A stretch of DNA of 64,000 nucleotides. It comes from Iphione sp. A-MEVVRFRX5. Lineage: Eukaryota. Of the stretch, positions 61,005 through 64,000 are shown piece by piece. The notes beneath the pieces are model-generated. The model was not told where the DNA came from and searched no databases. It saw nothing but the letters and a program-made list of their open reading frames with translations. A program made the position numbers and the translations under genes. The stretch lies in the NCBI GenBank assembly GCA_976226885.1, contig OZ320316.1, forward strand, positions 85,994,001 to 86,058,000, given 5' to 3'. How positions within the stretch are numbered: position 1 is the stretch's first letter; each line of letters begins with the position of its first letter.

Positions 61005-64000
61005 TATGTATGCTGATTAGGCCGCTGGCCCTCTGGGGTCCCTTGGGAATCGAGAAGGTAGCAAGGGATGCAATAGAACGCTCCGAAGCGCACGCGTGTT
61101 GGGAAATCTATCGCGAAGCGATCGACCTGCACGATTTAAATGTTATCGTTGGTTAGATTCGGTTGCCTATCATAATCCGCCTGTACTCATTCTGATATAT
61201 AGAGGGCAAATATTGTGCGAAATGCAAACCATGATTGCTATCTACAGGGCCACATCAGCACTTATTGATCAATGCATTAATATGTTTTGTCCCCTAGAAT
61301 TACAAGCCACACGCACTAATCCTGGCAAACATGAAAGTGAAGCAGACAACCGTCATATCTGGCATGTGTGTCGTCCCCCTTGAGCTCATTGGGATCTAGA
61401 TAGTGGTTCTTTCTGTTGATGGTCATGTACTCTTCGGAAGCTCACACGACACGAGGTAACATTTCACTATTCGGTAGATCTATGTGTTGTTAGATCGCAA
61501 TAGTTGGTGTCGAGTTGCTTGCCACTGAATAGCCCGGGTGCAAGATTGAGAAGATATCCTGGTGGCAATCCAAGGTGGAATACATCACTAACGAGACGGT
61601 CGCCTTCCCTATGCAAATGGACAATCCATTCGAGTCCGACTACATATTAATAAGTTCACGTAGTTACAGGTACTGGCCTGACAGATTGTAGTGGTTCATG
61701 CAAGGCCTGGTTATTCTACGGATAGTCGGACACGACTCGACGCGGTCCCAGGCGTTCTCAGTCGCCACACGATCCTCAATACGGTGCAGTGTCGCGCAAG
61801 CCTAAAGAGTGGTGAACAGTGGGTCTGGGTGCCTAGCAAAAAGCCACCCACCCCTACTCCCCCCTCTCCTCCCCTAACTCCACTCAGCTGCTTTCCTTTG
61901 AGCTGGCACTACTGATCTGCTTATTACTGGCTCATGGGATGTTACTCCCTGTTCACAATCTAGTTTCGCAGATTATAAACATGTTTTTTTCCAGGTAGGT
62001 ACTTTGGATATGAAGTGGATAAACGAGATACGATGTGTCCCAATAAGGATCAACGATAAATATGTACATGTGTGCTGGTATGACACGCATGTACTACTAG
62101 GCTGTATCAAAAATTGCATACTGAATTATAAACATGCAACAAGGTTTGCTTGCCCACCTCTTTATATAACTTTACTGACAGCTGTAAAGACCCCCACGGC
62201 CACCTAAATATGAAAATGAACTGGGCACGTCTGTGTGGAGAGCCCTCCCCAGGAGACCACAAATAACTCAAGTCTCGACTGGCAAACAAAATTGAACTTC
62301 ACGGGAGGGCGTCCTTGGTGGCCAAAAATTTGATAGGATGTTACAGTTTACCGCGGGGGTAGCAGGTGGGTGGTCCAGTTAGTGCTTCATACAGGATTGA
62401 TATTCACTGGTGCCGCGAAAGGATTACCTGCCCTCCCCCCTCCCCCCACCCAAAACCTGTTCCTTTTAACCTGTGAACCTAATAAACGTAAGCCCCTTAC
62501 GATATCAAGCCTGGCAAAAGCTAGCTAAGTATCATCGTTGAGGACCTACTCGACACGTATAGAAACTTTTCCTCGGCTGAGACTGGCCCAAGCTAAACGA
62601 TAGAGAAAATCATTCATTTTGGAGAGCGTTTGTATCATAAGGAAACCGTAGATACATTAACAGCAAAACTATTGCATATTGACATGTTATCATTGTAAAG
62701 AATCTGTATGGTGTAAGAGTAGTAAATAGTGAGCGAAAAATAGTATGTAGACTATGTTAATGAAGTAAATAAAAACCCCCCTCCCTCACTCCAGAAGGGA
62801 CCGAAGGCGTCTGTTTATTCAAGAACTAGATCAAACTAGTCCTAGCAAACATTCCCTTTAGGAAATTTGTTCGCTAAGGGTGAGAAGGATGTGAACGGGT
62901 GAAGAGCAACGCTGCAAATGCAAGCACACGGGGTGAGGATTTGGGTTTATTGGATGGTGGAGCAGTCTACATGAAGATAGGGGAGGTAGGACCCCGCCCA
63001 TAACCCGTGCTTCAGAGTTCCTGGAGCATGGGTTAACGTGGGGAAGTGGTTTGTTCTTTCTTTTGCTTGTCAGAGCCCCTGGGGAGCTCTTTCAAAAATT
63101 TTTCGATTTGCCAGTGATAGTTTTCCTTATCCTTATTGAATGCAAAGATCAGTCATTTCAGGGGATGTGATTTGTTTTATTATTGCTTCGAAAAGGTGTT
63201 TTAATTGGGAATTTGTTTAATCTAACTATTAGTATTATAAAAACAGTTGAAACTAATTCTAAGCTATTCTTATCTGTCACAGTGATTTTTTAGTGTTTAA
63301 TTTTCTTAAGATGTATTCTAATAGACATATCTTCAAAGTTTGTTTACTTAAACGCGTTCAATTTGAGTGACAGCGCTGGTTGGTGGTGGTGGGAATTCGT
63401 GAAATCAATGTGATCTGCTTTTACAGCGCTATGAGTTACTAGTGGTAGAAACGGGAGTTAATGCGTTACTGGTGACATCTAGTGTCTTTTCCAAACAAAA
63501 TGATTTTTACTGTAGATGTCACTAAACGCGAAAACAGGAGAGTACAAATCAATTTAATAAAGCAGTGTGTTTTCTTTCTGGAAAATCAACTTCTGAAGTT
63601 AATAAATGAATTTTATATAAATTTATCTCTTTGGAAAAGGTTAATCAATTTAAATTAGTTAGTTTTTTCCTCTCAGAATTTTACAGTAAATGACATGTTA
63701 AAACACCATTTATGTTAATCTTTTTTAAAGATAATTTTGATTAGATTTGTTCATTCGTTAACTCCAGTCAAGACTCTGAGTCATGGCTTTAAGAGTGTAT
63801 TTTAATCGAATTCGATTGAAATAAAAATCTACCCGAATTCTAACCACTAGATCTCCTGGGTAGTACGTCTAGATCTCTATTAAGAGATCGCCTTTTAAAA
63901 TCAAAAGTAATTTTCTGATCGGAGGAGCACCCCGTTAGAAAACCTGCAGGGTTCAAAAATGGGCTAGCGGGACCCCGGATTGAGTGGAATTTGTAAAAAG

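Noticed and set aside
61100-64000. Possible further gene or ncRNA upstream of the CNBD gene
   Set aside because: Only short ORFs without homology cues, and no tRNA-like A/B boxes or cloverleaf could be supported.

Overview
Eukaryotic, AT-rich, repeat-dense genomic DNA, probably from a marine invertebrate. No prokaryotic features, CRISPR arrays, tRNA or rRNA were found. Three spliced genes could be assembled by hand with consistent GT-AG junctions and intron phases. (A) An otopetrin proton-channel gene on the minus strand (6 coding exons, 9901-13309, 636 aa). (B) A strongly diverged otopetrin paralogue on the plus strand (6 coding exons with identical intron phases, 36986-44698, 624 aa). It is head-to-head with A and lacks the conserved TM6 Glu and TM12 His. 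(C) A CNBD2-like cyclic-nucleotide-binding protein gene on the minus strand (about 22 exons, 45972-61004, about 1041 aa), convergent with B. The rest is a transposon graveyard: at least four 5'-truncated CR1/L2-group LINEs with long 3'UTRs and distinct short-repeat tails, a DIRS/Ngaro-type retrotransposon split by a Sola-like DNA transposon, several MITEs, a solo LTR and mini/microsatellites. The most unusual signal is an array of about 10 copies of an NTGA-N6-TTGAGGA motif (box D'/C', kink-loop-like) in the 3'UTR of the LINE at 1455-3741. About seven copies are closed by stems whose sequences differ from each other yet stay paired. All coordinates and translations were read by hand; no database searches were run.
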